From assembly GCF_044704955.1 (NCBI RefSeq), contig NC_091979.1, forward strand, positions 320,974,001 to 321,038,000: DNA of 64,000 nt, written 5' to 3'. The notes below the pieces were generated by a model, which was not told the origin of the DNA, did not search any database, and saw only the letters and a program-made list of their open reading frames with translations. This stretch comes from Pristiophorus japonicus. Lineage: Eukaryota. This document shows positions 22,873 to 36,854 of the stretch, piece by piece; the first letter of the stretch is position 1, and the number at the start of each line of letters is the position of its first letter. The position numbers and the translations under genes were made by a program.

Positions 22873-24472
22873 AGTATGTTCTCCCTTCCTGTCCTACTTG
22901 ACCTCTCTGCAGTGCTCAACATGTCTGCCACAATCATTCTTCTTCCTCTGCCTCTCCTTTTTAGTTCCACTCTTAACCTGTCTTAACAGAGCCAATGCAT
23001 TGCCAGCAATGGTATCTCCTCCTGCCAACCCCCCCCCCCACTCCCCACATTGTTATCTCTGGAGTTCACAAAGATCATCCTTGGCTACATGTCCTTTTGG
23101 TGTCAGGTCAGCTTCCATATATGTGGATGACACATGCCCCAACTCTTCTTCACTTGCCTTGTCCCATCTGTATTCTTAGACTGCCGTCATAAGATAGCCA
23201 GAATTGCCTTCAGCTGTACATTATGAGAGCCAAAGTAATTGAACTTGATCCCCACCAGAAACTTTGCTTATTTGACAATGATGCCAACATCCTCCCTGGC
23301 TGAACCAGATTGTGACCAACTTCAGGGCCTTGTATGACCCTAAGCTGAGCTTCAAACTCCTCATGCTATCCGTCATAAGCCAGCTGAATTCCATGGTTAC
23401 AAGATTGCTCATGTCTGCCTCACCGCCACCAAAATCCGGTTCTAAGCTTTTGTTGCCTCTCGACTAGATGTTTCCTGCAGGCTTTCCAAACTCCAGCCTC
23501 AATAAACAACTTGTTCAGGTTTCTACCACTCACATTGTGTCCTGTACTAAGTTCTGGTTGCCCAACATCCCTGTCCTTGCTGACTTACGCTGGCTCCCTT
23601 TTAGTAGTATATTGAGTTTAAAATCCTCATCCTAATCTACAAATTCCATCATTCCCCCTTAGTTCTGCAACCATGTCCAGCCATGACCTTCAGTCATGCA
23701 TCTCTACTATTTTCCTCTGACATTGACCTGTGAATCCACTCCATTCCCCTGTTAAGGACAGGTCCTTCACGTATTGGCCCTAATCGCTGGGGACTTCCTT
23801 CCCCAAACCTCTCCCCTTCTCTACTTCTCCCTGCCTTTAAAAGCCTCCATAAATCCGAACTCTTTGTCTAAGCCTTTTGTCACCTATCTTTCATTCCCTC
23901 ACTAAAGCTCTACAATATAAATGCAAGTTATTGTGGGGAAATATGTGGTTAGTGTCAGCTTTGATGTCATTGCATTCCCAGTGCCTCATTTGATTCTCCC
24001 ATGAGATATAAAACGGTTGACCATACAACAGAGTAATAGTCCATTTTTCCACGTCCAGGAGCAACAGCTCTCCTTTTCCATGTTGGGTAGGGGGTCATGA
24101 GTTACGTTGCCCTTTCCTCATTTAAAAATAATTCCCTTTTACAAGTGGCTTTTAAATTGACTATTTCTTTAATATAGTTATTGACTTCACTGTTTTTAAA
24201 GTACGTCTGGAATTTAAGTGAAATCTTCTTCAATTTCACTATGTATTGACCGATGCATCACATGGTCACTGCTTGGATGATAGTGACCAAACCATTCGAA
24301 TTCTTTGCATGTGTGGTTGGACATAGTGTCACATGCCACCTTGGTTTAAAAAAGTGGTATGTATATTTACAAACGATGCACTGGCTGATCTCCTGTGGTG
24401 TTACTCACAAATAGTTTGAAGACTGGAGCAATGTTTTGATATTTAGTTGCTGACCTGGCCTGTCCTTTTTAA

Positions 24473-25249
24473 GGGGCTCAATTTTCCCCAAAGCTATTTT
24501 TAGCGTACTTGAAGAGTTACGCCCGTTTTTTTGGGGTCCATCAAGTACGGCAAAAAAAAATGTTCTAAGTTTCCCTGTTGGATTTCTTCATTTTGGCGCG
24601 GCCTAACCTGCCCTTTAGTTTTGGGGGTGGAGCCTTGATCTGCACCAAAAAGATCGGGCTGCCACGGTATCCAGGGACACAATGCGAGCTGAGGCTGCAA
24701 AGTGAAACATATAGCCAGTTCCCAACACATTAAAACACATTGCATCAATTTAAAAACACATAAAAATATATTGCAGCAACTTGCCTCCAATTATTAAAGC
24801 CGATTCTGCTACTCGCCCTGGCCGAAGGGCTTGCCGGTCTGCTGCCCCTCCTCTTTCTCTTTCTCTCTCGCTCTCGCTCTCTCTCACTTCCCCACTCCCC
24901 CCCCCCCCCCCCTGCTATCCGGGCATCTGCTGCACTTACCTGCACCGATTTCCTTACCTGCGGCAATTTCTTTAACTCTCCAGAAGGTTTTTCTGCAGAG
25001 GCCACATATGCTGGCCTAAGCAGAACTAGAGTAACTTTCAGCTGGCCAAACTTGCCTAACTTGCCAGAATTGGTGCGCGTGGCAGGTTACGACCCCTTTG
25101 GCTGAAAAAAAAAATTAACCTAAAAAAATTGTAACTAACTGAGTTACGCTGGTGCAAATTGATTGGGGAAACTGTGATTTTTTAACTTGGGTCCAAAAAA
25201 AGCCGCCTGCTCCAAAAAAACATCGCAAATCACTGGAAAATTGAGCCCC
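24473..25249. mobile_element. Non-autonomous DNA transposon (Harbinger-like MITE)
   Basis: Perfect 15-bp TIR GGGGCTCAATTTTCC/GGAAAATTGAGCCCC. The TSD is not conserved (TAA versus GTG). Confidence 0.75.
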
Positions 25250-25699
25250 GTGTTACTGCCCAAAACCATCCTATAAGAAAAAGATCACTCTACCTCTCTC
25301 TCTCTTTTAAGACATTCCTTAAAACCTACCTCTTTGACTAAGGTCTTGGTAACCTGTCTTAATATCTCGTTGTGTTGCTTGATGTCAAATTGTGTTTGAT
25401 AATGCTCCTGCGAAGCATCTTGGGATATTTGAGAACGTTAAAGGTGCTATATAAATGCAAGGTGTTGTGATTAGCTGTTCTCGAGCTAATTCTTCCTGTG
25501 GTAGTTGGATAATTCTGTCAGTTAAGACAGTGTCGGTTTAAGCTGAGTAGCATGAAATTAATATTGAGTTATGAAAGACCATGAGAATGTGGAGATTAGC
25601 CTTAGTGGGAGTTCAGCCTTACAGGGATTTCAGCCTTGAGGTGCATTTGGACAGGAGTTTTTCGCTATAATTAATGCTTGCATGAAATAATTAAGTAGA

Positions 25700-27030
25700 A
25701 TTTGATTCTTGCAAAAGTTTGATGCTAGTGGGAATTCAGACTAATGCTAACTACATTTTTTGTTAGACAGCTAGACACAGAGAGATGGCACTGCGTTGGG
25801 AGTTCTCCTGATGTGATATGTGGGGAGTGCGGTACGTGGGCCTCAAATGTATCCAGGAACAGCGCACTTGGGAAATTGGATTTCTCGAGCCGGGGATGAT
25901 TGTGCTCAAGGAGCAAAGGGCCACAATGCCCTTCCCGCAGCATCAGAGACGTAGAGTTTCAGGATCATACTCTCCAGAATGTGGTCATCCAAGAGGCAGT
26001 GCTAGACAGTTTAGGACTCTGGGATAATGTAGATAGATAGTCAAGAGGGTGACCATCCACAGGGGCAGCAGAGGAAGATGGGATCCCCTTAGTTACTGGA
26101 ACTCTCCAATTAGTATATAGTGTTAGACAAGCATGAAGTGGACAGTGACTCAGAAAGGGGGTAGTCCTGAGTGACACGACAGAGTAAGGGACTGGGTGGG
26201 GCGGGGTGGGGGGGGGAAGAAGGTAAACTCGAAGTATCGGAGAATGATAGTTGTGAGAAATTCTATGTTATGGGGAATATTCAATCTTTTTTTTGCAGTT
26301 GTGTTTGAAAATCCAAACTGTTTTTTGTTGCATCTCTGGTGCTGGACATCAATGAATGGGACTTCTGCAGAGGGGAAGAGAGCAGTCAAAAGTCATGGCC
26401 TGTGTTGGAATCAATGACTGAGATAGAATTATGTTTCAGGTCTTGTCGAGAGAGTTTAAGGAGTTAGGCACTAGAAAAATCTCAGGAATGGTAATCTTAA
26501 AATTACTTGTTGTGCCATGGAATGGACAGATTAAGGAGATGAATGTTAAAATCTGGCAGGTGCGGGAGGGAAGCGTTCACATGCTTGGGACATTTGAATG
26601 AGCTCTTGAATAAGTGAAGCCTACAAGGGCTGACTTACCAGAACTGAAGTGGCACCAGCATCCTTGGAGAGAGGGTTAAAAGAGCAGCGGAGAAGTATTT
26701 AAACTAGTATGATGGGAATGGGGGCAAGTCTAGGTTTGCGACCAGAGAAAGGGAGTCTGATTAATAGAGCTGCTGGACTAAAAGCAAAAGAATTAGCTGA
26801 TAATAGTCCGTCCTTATTTATTTCAAAGAAAAAAGAGAAAGAAAGATAGGTAGCGAGAGTTGGAAAACAAGGGAAAGAGTTAGAATTGATTGATATGTAT
26901 GTGAGTAACAAAGCGTCCCAAGCATTATTAGAAGAATTAATAATTATGGAGAGATGTGATGGCTATAATGGAGATGTGTCCTAGGTTAGACAGGATTGGG
27001 CACTTAATATTCCCTGGTTATAATAGTGTG
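25700..27030 (+). mobile_element. Highly decayed CR1 5' region (ORF1 and endonuclease remnants)
   Basis: Weak resemblance to the ORF1 zinc-finger/esterase and ORF2 start of the 17.5-22 kb element. Confidence 0.5.
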
Positions 27031-27035
27031 GATGG

Positions 27036-28400
27036 ACGTATGAGGAGAGACTAGATCAACTGGGCCTGTATTCACTGGAATTTAGAAGGATGAGAGGGGA
27101 TCTCATAGAAACATATAAAATTCTGACGGAATTGGACAGGTTAAATGCGGGAAGAATGTTCCCGATGTTGGGAAAGTCCAGAACCAGGGGACACAATCTT
27201 AGGATAAGGGGTAAGACATTTAGGACTGAGATGAGGAGAAACGTCTTCACTCAGAGAGTTGTTAACCTGTGGAATTCCCTGTCGCAGAGAGTTGTTGATG
27301 CCAGTTCATTGATATATTCAAGAGGGAGTTAGATATGGCCCTTACGGCTAAAGGGATCAAGGAGTATTGAGAGAAAGCAGGAAAGGGGTACTGAGGTTGA
27401 AAGATCAGCCATGATCTTATTGAATGGTGGTGCAGGCTCGAAGGGCCGAATGGCCTACTCCTGCACCTATTTTCTATGTTTGCCTGGATGAGTGCAGCTC
27501 CAACAACACACAAGAAGCTCGACACCATCCAGGGCAAAGCAGCCTACTTGATTGGCACCCCATCCACCACCTTAAACATCTACTCTGTCCACCACCGGCA
27601 CACCGTGTTTGCAGTATGTACCATCTATAAGATGCACTGTAACAACTCGCCAAGGTATCTTCGACAAACACATGAGGAGAGACTGGATCAACTGGGCTTG
27701 TATTCACTGAAGTTTAGAAGAATGAGAGGGGATCTCATAGAAACATATAAAATTCTGACGGGATTGGACAGGTTAGAGACAAGAAGAATGTTCCCGTTGC
27801 TGGGGAGTTCCAGAACCAGAGGTCACAGGCTAAGAATAAGAGGTAAGCCATTTAGGACCGAGATGAGGAGAAACTTCTTCACTCAGAGAGTAGTTAACCT
27901 GTGGAGTTCTCTACTGCAGAAAGTTGTTGAGGCCAGTTTGTTAGATATATTAAAAAGGGAGTTAGATATGGCCCTTACGGCCAAAGGGATCAATGGGTAT
28001 GGAGAGAAAGCAGGAAAAGGTTACTGAGGTTGAATGATCAGCCATGATCTTATTGAATGGTGATGCAGGCTCGAAGGGCTGAATGGCCAGCTCCTGCACC
28101 TAACTTCTATGTGTCTATGACCTCTACCACCTAGAAGGATAAGGGATGCAGGCACATGGGAACAGCACCGTCTCCAAGTTCCCCTCCAAGTCACACACCA
28201 TTCCTGACTTGAAATATATCGCTCTTCCTTCACCGTCTCTGGGTCAAAATCCTGAAACACTCGACCTAACAGCACTGTGGGAGCACCTTCACCACGCGGT
28301 TCAAGAAGACGGCTCACCACCACCTCCTCGAGGGCAGTTAGGGATGGCCAATAAATGTTGGCATTGCCAGCGATGCCCACATCCCGTGAATGAATAAAAA
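27036..28400 (+). mobile_element. Two CR1 3' fragments (27036-27478, 27668-28115) interleaved with another LINE 3' end
   Basis: EERLDQLGLYSLEFRRMRGDLIETYKI occurs twice. The intervening WMSAAPTTHKKLDTIQGKA continues after 28115 to a GAATAAAAA end. Confidence 0.85.
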
Positions 28401-28791
28401 ATGGTTGACGAGCAGAAACGAAAGTTTCAGATAAATGGGTGTTGCTGGGATTGTAGGTTTATAGAAGGTTTGAAAATGGTGTACCCCAGGGTATACTTTT
28501 GTTTTTGGTAATTAAAATGTATTTGGACTTGGACATGGGGAGCACAATCTCAGTTTGCTGACCGCATAAAAGGTTGGCGGTATTTCAAACTGTAAGAGAT
28601 TTCGGGAAGATCTAGACAGATTAGCACGTTGGACAGATAGGTTGCAGATGCAAATTAACAAAGATAAGTGAGATAATACATTTTGAGAGAAAAATCAAGC
28701 AGTAGGAAGATGTACTGGATGGAAAGATGCTGAAGGATATGCTTAAACAGAGCCCTAGGTGTTCAAATACATAGTTCCTTGAAAGTGTATA

Positions 28792-29835
28792 AAGAAAGAC
28801 TTGTATTTATATAGTACAAGTAGAACATCCAAAATACAGAGTTCTAAAAACTGTAATTGTCCAAAAACCGGACATTATGCAGATTGCAAGATTCGTTGTC
28901 CGGAATTCGGAAATACTTCCCGAAAACTGGACTTTTAAGTTGTGCATATTTTTCTCCAAACATGAATCAAAAAAAATGCGCGGCCAGCCTCGAGGTTGCC
29001 GTTGGATGTAATGCTCCAAAATCCGGAAATTCACAAAAGTCGTCCCAAGGATTTCCAGAATCGGGACGTCAGATTGTCTCCCAAATCCGGAAATACCTAA
29101 AACTAGGCCCAAGGGTTTTTGGATTCGGGACATTGGATTGTCTCCGAAATCAGGAAATACTCGAAAATCGTCCACGAGGTTTCCGGATTCGGGCCATCTG
29201 ATTTTCGGCTCCGAAATCCGGGAATACACAAAAGTCTGCCCAAGGGTTTCCGGATTCGGGACGTGAGATTTCTTCTCCGAAATCCAGAAATACCTGAGAC
29301 TCAGCCCATGGGTTTCCGGATTCGGAACGTCGGATTTCTTCTCCGAAATCCGGAAAAATCTGAAAACAGGAACGGCCTCGATCCCGAGGTTTCCAGTTTC
29401 GGGACGTTATACCTGTACCTTTCATAACCTCAAATGTCCCACTTTATAAGTAATGAAGTACTTTTGAAGTGTTGTCACAGTTGTGATGTAGGAAACGTTG
29501 CAGCCAATTTTTGCACAGCAAGCTCCCACAAACAGTAATGTGAGAATGACTAGATAATCTGTTTTATGATGTTGATTGAGGGATAGGTATTGGCCAGGAT
29601 ACCAGGAATAACTCCCCTGCTCTTCTTCGAAATAGTGCCATGATCTTTTTTGTCCATTTGACAGGGTACAGTGGGCCACGGTTTAACATCTCATTCGAAA
29701 GACGGCACCTCTGACAGTACAACACTCTCTCAGTACTGCACTGGAGTGTCAGCCTAGATTTATGTGCTCAAGCCTCGAGTGGGACTTGAACCCACAACTT
29801 GCTGCCTCAGAGGCAAGAGGGCTATCAACTGGGCC
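28792..29835 (-). mobile_element. SacSINE1-like SINE whose tail is split by the MITE
   Basis: Body at 29418-29835 (B-box GGTTCAAGTCCC). Tail remainder GAAAGACTTGTATTTATATAG at 28794-28814. Confidence 0.78.
28817..29415. mobile_element. Tc1/mariner(pogo)-type MITE with TA TSD and internal palindromic repeats
   Basis: The ends CAAGTAGAACATCC and GGACGTTATACCTG are imperfect TIRs with TA on both sides. Internal repeats CCGAAATCCGGAAA / TTTCCGGATTCGG. Confidence 0.75.
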
Positions 29836-30139
29836 ACGGCTGACACACAAAGCCATAAAAAAGCCAACAGCGGTTTTGGTTTTATAAATAGGGGGATAGA
29901 GTGCAAAAGTGGAGAAGAAAGAATGTTTGATCTCTACTACCAAGGCTAATGGTGGACTTTCCTTATTGGTTCTGCCCCAAGTTTCACCTGACAGTAGCAA
30001 TGGATGCTTTGACAATTATTAGCTCCCTTCCTTCTGCATAAGAACTATGCATGAGTCAGCATAGAGGCTGGATAGCCTCTTTTCTGGGGGTGGGTGATGT
30101 TTCTATGTGCGTTTCCTCGGTTTCTGCAATATCTAATGG

Positions 30140-30680
30140 TTTCTGAAATCTGAGGAAGGACGTTCTTGCTATTGAGGGAGTGCAGCGAAGGTTCACCAGA
30201 CTGATTCCCGGGATGGCAGGACTTGACATATGAGGAGAGACTGGATCGACTGGGCCTGTATTTACTGGAGTTTAGAAGGATGAGAGGGGATCTCATAGAA
30301 ACGTATAAAATTCTGATGGGATTGGACAGGTTAGATGCAGGAAGAATGTTCCCGATGTTGGGAAAGTCCAGAACCAGGGGACATAGTCTGAAGATAAGGG
30401 GTAAGCCATTTAGGACTGAGATGAGGAGAAACTTCTTCACTCAGAGTTGTTAACCTGTGGAATTCCCTACCGCAGAGAGTTGTTGATGCCAGTTCATTGA
30501 TATATTCAAGAGGGAGTTAAATATGGCCCTTACGGCTAAAGGGATCAAGGGGTGTGGAGAGAAAGCAGGAAAGGGGTACTGAGGTGAATGATCAGCCATG
30601 ATCTTATTGAATGTTGGTGCAGGCTCGAAGGGCCGAATGGCCTACTCCTGCACCTATTTTCTATGTTTCTATGTTTCTAA
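30140..30680 (+). mobile_element. CR1 3' fragment
   Basis: TYEERLDRLGLY..RRMRGDLIETYKI. (TTTCTATG)n tail. Confidence 0.9.
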
Positions 30681-32498
30681 AATCAGAACAACAATAACTT
30701 TTATTTATATAGCGCCTTTAATGTAGTAAAATGTCCCAAGGTGCTTCACAGCGGTGTTACAAGACAAAACAGATCAATTTGACACTGAGCCACATAAGAA
30801 GAAATTAAGGCAGATGACCAAATGCTTGGTTAAAGAGGTAGGTTTTAAGGAGCGTCTTAAAGGAGGAAAGAGAGATAGAGAGGTAGAGAGGTTTAGGGAG
30901 GGAGTTCCAGAGCTCAGGGCCCAAACAGCTGAAGGCACGGCCACTGCTGGTTGAGCAGTTATAATGAGGGATGTTCAAGAGGGCAGAATTATAGGAGTGC
31001 AGACATCTTGTGGGGTTGTGAGGCTGAAAAAGTTTACAGAGATAGGGAGGGGCAAGGCCTTGGAGTGATTTGTAAACAAGGATAAGAATTTTAAATCGAG
31101 TCGTTGTTTAACTGGGAGCCAATAAAGATCAGAAAGCAAAGGGGTGATCGTGACTTGGTGCGAGTTAGGACACGGGTTGCTGAGTTTTGGATGACCTCAA
31201 GTTTACGTAATGTAGAATGTGGGAGGTCAGCCGGGAGTGAGTTGGAGTAGTCAAGTCTAGAGGTAACAAAGGCATGAATGAGGGTTTCAGCAGCAGAAGA
31301 GCTGAGGCAGGGGCGGGCAATGTTACGGAGGTGGTAAAAAGACGGTTTTATTTATGCCATGGATATGTGCCCGAAAGCTCATTTCAGGGTCAAATATGAC
31401 ACCTAGGTTGTGAACAGTCTTGTTCACCCTCAGATTGATGCTCGGGAGAGGGATGGAATCAGTGGTTAGGGAATGTAGTTTTTGGCGGGGACCAAAGATA
31501 ATGGCTTCGGTCTTCCCAATACTTAATTGGAGAACAGTTCTGCTCATGCAGTCGGTCAAGTAATCTGACAATTTAGAGACCATGGAGGGATCGAGAGAAG
31601 TGGTGGAGAAGTAGAGCTGGGTGTCGTCAGCGTACATGTGGAAACTGACTCCGTGTTTTCAGATGATATCGCCAAGGGGCAGCATATAGATGAGAATTAG
31701 GAGGGTGCCAGGGATTGATCCTTGGGGGACACCGGAGGTAACGATGCGGGAGTGGGAAGAGAAGCCGTTGCAGGAGATTTTCTGGCTACAATTAGATAAG
31801 AATGGAACCAGGCGAGTGCAGTCCCACCCAGCCGGACTTTGGTGGAGAGGCGTTGGAGGAGGATGTGTCAAAGGCTGCAGACAGGTCCAGAAGGACGAGG
31901 AGGGATAGTTTACCTTTGTCACAGTCATAAAGGATGTCATTTGTGACTTTGATGAGAGCAATTTCGGTTCTGTGGCAGGGGCGAAAGCCAGACTGAAGGA
32001 TTCAAACATTGAATTCAGGGAAGGATGGTCACGGATTTGGGAGGTGACAACACGTTCATGTACTTTGGACAGGAAAGGGAGGTTGGAGATGGGACGGTAG
32101 CTAACAATCAAAGTTGGGTCAAGGGTTGTTTTTTTGAGGAGAGGGGTGATGACAGCAGATTTGAAGGAGAGGAGAACAATACCTGACGACAGAGAACCGT
32201 TAACAATGTCGGCCAACATGGGAGCCAGAAAAGGAAGTTGGGTGGTCAGCAGTTTAGTGGGAATAGGGTCAAGGGAGCAGGAAGTGGGTCTTAAGGACAA
32301 GATGAGCTTGAAGAGATCAAGAGGGGAATCAAAGAGAAACTAGAGAAAGATATGAGTTTAGGGCTAGGGCTGGTGGGAGCCTCAGATGAAGTTTGGCCTG
32401 TGGGCTAGGTGAAGGAAGGGAACTCTCAGAGGCAGCTGATTGGATGGTCTCAATCTATGAGACAAAAGTCCATGAGCTCCTCACACTTCTTGGAGGTG

Positions 32499-34388
32499 AT
32501 TAAGAACATAAGAACATAAGAATTAGGAACAGGAGTAGGCCATCTAGCCCCTCGAGCCTGCTCCGCCATTCAATAAGATCATGGCTGATCTGGTCGTGGA
32601 CTCAGCTTCACTTACCCACCCTCTCCCCGTAACCCTTAATTCCCTTATTGGTTAAAAATCTATCTATCTTTGACTTGAAAACATTCAATGAGCTAGCCTC
32701 AACTGCTTCCTTGGGCAGAGAATTCCACAGATTCACAACCCTCTGGGAGAAGAAATTCCTTCTCAACTCGGTTTTAAATTGGCTCCTCCGTATTTTGAGG
32801 CTGTGCCCCCTAGTTCTTGTCTCCCCCACCAATGGAAACAACCTCTCTGCCTCTATCTTGTCTATCCCTTTCATTATTTTAAATGTTTCTATAAGATCAC
32901 CCCTCATCCTTCTGAACTCCAACGAGTAAAGACCCAGTCTACTCAATCTATCATCATAAGGTAACCCCCTCATTTCTGGAATCAGCCTAGTGAATCGTCT
33001 CTACCCCTTCCAAAGCTAGTATATCCTTCCTTAAGTAAGGTGACCAAAACTGCACGCAGTACTCCAGGTGCGGCCTTACCAATACCTTATACAGTTGCAG
33101 TAAGACCTCCCTGCTTTTGTACTCCGTCCCTCTCGCAATGAAGGCCAACATTCCATTCGCCTTCCTGATTATCTGCTGCACCTGCAAACTAACTTTTTGG
33201 GATTTCATGCACAAGGACCCCCAGGTCCCTCTGCACCTCAGCATGTTGTAATTTCTCCCCATTCAAATAATATTCCCTTTTACTGTTTTTTTTTCCCAAG
33301 GTGGATGACCTCACACTTTCTGACATTGTATTCCATCTGCCAAACCTTAGCCCATTCGCTTAACCTATCTAAATCTCTTTGCAGCCTCTCTGAGTCCTCT
33401 ACACAACCTGCTTTCCCACTAATCTTAGTGTCATCTGCAAATTTTGTTGCACTACACTCTGTCCCCTCTTCTAGGTCATCTATGTATATTGTAAACAGTT
33501 GTGGTCCCAGCACTGATCCCTGTGGCACACCACTAACCACTGATTTCCAACTGGAAAAGGACCCATTTATCCCGACTCTCTGCTTTCTGTTCGCCAGCCA
33601 ATTCTCTATCCATGCTAATATATTTCCTCTGACTCCGCGTACCTTTATCTTCTGCAGTAACCTTTTGTGTGGCACCTTATCGAATGTCTTTTGGAAATCT
33701 AAATAAACCACATCCATCGATACACCTCTATCCACCATGCTCGTTATATCCTCAAAGAATTCCAGTAAGTTAGTTAAACATGATTTCCCTTTCATGAATC
33801 CATGCTGCGTCTGCTTGATTGCACTATTCCTATCTAGATGTCCCGCTATTTCTTCCTTAATGATAGTTTCAAGCATTTTCCCCACTACAGATGTTAAACT
33901 AACCGGCATATAGTTACCTGCCTTTTGCCTGCCCCCTTTTTTAAACAGAGGCATTACATTAGCTGCTTTCCAATCCGCTGGTACCTCCCCAGAGTCCAGA
34001 GAATTTTGGTAGATTATAACGAATGCATCTGCTATAACTTCCGCCATCTCTTTTAATACCTTGGGATGCATTTCATCAGGACCAGGGGACTTGTCTACCT
34101 TCAGTCCCATTAGCCTGTCCAGCACTACCCCCCTCTTGATAGTGATTGTCTCAAGGTCCTCCCTTCCCACATTCCTGTGGCCTGCAAATTTTGGCATTGT
34201 TTTTGTGTCTTCCACTGTGAAGATGGAAGCAAAATAATTGTTTAAGGTCTCAGCCATTTCCACATTTCCCATTATTAAATCCCCCTTTTCATCTTCTAAG
34301 GGACCTACATTTACTTTAGTCACTCTTTTCCGTTTTATATATCTGTAAAAGCTTTTACTATCTGTTTTTATGTTTTGCGCAAGTTTAC
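32499..34388 (-). mobile_element. CR1 LINE 3' half
   Basis: 347-aa RT ORF 33280-34323 (KSPGPD, QHGFMKGKSCLTNL, KFADDTK). TAAGAACA tail. Confidence 0.93.
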
Positions 34389-34621
34389 CTTGTGTGGAGG
34401 CGGGAGAGGGGTTTAAAGAGACGGTTAGCAGGAGAGAATAGTAGCTGGGGGGTGGAGTGGGGGGGGGCTTTTTTGCTTTCCAGAATGATCCTTGAATAGT
34501 GAGCAGTTTTTGTAGACAAGAGTAGGACTCGATAATATTTTATGTGTTCGAGCCAGATCTGGCGGTGAATGGCTAAACCAGTTGTCCGCCACATCCGTTC
34601 AAGTCTGCGCCCTTTTGACTT

Positions 34622-36050
34622 GAGGGAGAGAAAACAAGGAATTATAGACCGGTTAGCCTGACATCGGTGGTGGGGAAAATGCTGGAATCAATTATTAAAG
34701 ATGTAATAGCAGCGCATTTGGAAAGCAGTGACAGGATCGGTCCAAGTCAGCATGGATTTATGAAAGGGAAATCATGCTTGACAAATCATCTAGAATTTTT
34801 TGACGATGTAACTAGTAGAGTGGATAAGGGAGAACCAGTGGATGTGGTGTATTTGGACATTCAAAAGGCCTTTGACAAGGTCCCACACAAGAGATTAGTG
34901 TGCAGAATTAAGGCACATGGTATTGGGGGTAATGTATTGACGTGGATATAGAACCGGTTGAGAGACAGGAAGCAAAGAATGGAAATAAACAGGTCCTTTT
35001 CAGAATGGCAGGCAGTGACTAGTGGGGTGCCGCAGGGTTCAGTGCTGGGACGGCAGCTATTTACAATGTACATTAATGATTTAGACGAAGAAATTGAATG
35101 TAATATCTCCAAGTTTGCAGATGACACTAAGCTGGGTGGCAGTGGGAGCTGTGAGGAAGATGCTAGGAGGCTGCAGGGTGACTTGGACAGGTTAGGTGAA
35201 TGGGCAAATGCGTGGCAGATGCAGTATAATGTGGATAAGTGTGAGGTTATCCACTTTGGTGACAAAAACAGGAAGGCAGATTATTATCTGAATGGTGACA
35301 GATTAGGAAAAGGGGAGGTACACTGAGACCTGGGTGTCATGGTACATCAGTCATTGAAGGTAGGCATGCAGGTACAGCAGTCAATAAAGAAAGCAAATGG
35401 CATGCTGGCTTTCATAGCGAGGGGATTTGAGTATAGGAGCAGGAAGGTCTTATTGCAATTGTATCGGGCTTTGGTGAGACTGCACCTTGAACATTGTGTG
35501 CAGTTTTGGTCTCCTAATCTGAGGAAGGACATTCTTGCTATTGAGGGAGTGCAGCGAAGGTTCACCAGATTGATTCCCGGGATGACGGGACTGACATATG
35601 AAGAAAGACTGGATCGACTAGGCTTATATTCACTGGAATTTAGAAGAATGAGAGGGGATCTCATAGAAACATATAAAATTTTCACGGGATTGGACAGGTT
35701 AGATGCAGGAAGAATGTTCCCGATGTTAGGGATGTCCAGAACCAGGGGTCACAGTCTAAGGATAAGGGGTAAGCCATTTAGGACCGAGATGAGGAGAAAC
35801 TTCTTCACTCAAGAGAATTGTGAACCTGTGGCATTCTCTACTGCAGAAAGTTGTTGAGGTCAGTTTGTTAGATATATTCAAAAGGGAGTTAGATGTGGCC
35901 CTTACGGCTAAAGGGATCAAGGGTTATTGAGAGAAAGCAGGAATGGGGTACTAAAGTTGCAAAAATGATCAGCCATGATCATATTGAATGGTGGTGCAAG
36001 CTCGAAGGGCCGAATGGCCTACTCCTGCACCTAGTTTCTATGTTTCTATG
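34622..36050 (+). mobile_element. CR1 LINE RT and 3' end
   Basis: ORFs 34667-35857 carry RT motifs. TTTCTATG tail. Confidence 0.93.
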
Positions 36051-36854
36051 AGGGCTGTACCAGGGGGAACGGCCAGCGTAGGAGAGAGTAATCTTTTTAA
36101 TAGGGTCTAGGGCATCAAAGCTGGTGGTGAGGGTATGGTTGAGCAGATCGGTGGTTGCAAAAATGTCATTGTTAAAAGAGGGCTAAAGGTTAGACAATTT
36201 GGAGTTGATCAGTGCAGTTGTAAAAGAGTTTCAAGAGAGTTTTTTTTCCAGGGGGCGGGTGCAGAAAGAAATAGGTTTGGATTGGGGCAGGGGAATGTGG
36301 GCCGAGAGCGATACAACATATGGTCAGAGGTGGATTTGCCTTTAATTGACACGGTTGGAATAGCAAGGCTACGAGAGATTGCAAGGTCAAGGGTGTGGCT
36401 GTGAATATGGGTTGAGGAATTTAAATGGAGGGAGAGATTAAGGGAGGACAGGAGGGTAGTGAATTCAGAGGAGAGAGAACAAGATGAATTGAGATGGAGG
36501 TTGAAGTCACCAAGGATGAGAAGTTCCTCGGAGGGAGGAAAGCAGTGACGATATATCCGTGATAACATTTTTAACATACTTGGGTGGGCGGTAGAGAACG
36601 AGAATTTTGAATGAGAGGTGAGAGGCGTGGAATAAAGTTGAGATGTTCGAAAGATGAGACAGCGCGGAGGAGTAGGGGGACAGACTATGATTTGGTGATG
36701 AGAGCTATACTGCCACCACGGCGGTCTGGGCGGGGCAAGTGGTGGAAGGTATAGCTGGGAGGGGGGAGGCTTTGATTAAAGGTAATGTGTCCTTCAGCCA
36801 AGTTTCCGTTCGTGCCATGTGAGAACAGGAGGAGCAAAAGGTGATTTCATACAA

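Larger units (their letters stand above)
30688..36790 (-). mobile_element. L2 LINE (pieces 30688-32498, ~34390-34620, 36050-36790) interrupted by two CR1s
   Basis: MYADDTQLY, CSLDPIPTKLL, YRPISNLPFLSK and GVPQGS motifs. The endonuclease motif LILGDFNLHLN is in ORF 36209-36577. Tail at ~30690-30720. Confidence 0.85.

Noticed and set aside
22056-23179. Long ORFs (215-320 aa) and a CRISPR-like periodicity
   Set aside because: They arise from a tandem minisatellite with no unique spacers, in eukaryotic context with no cas genes.
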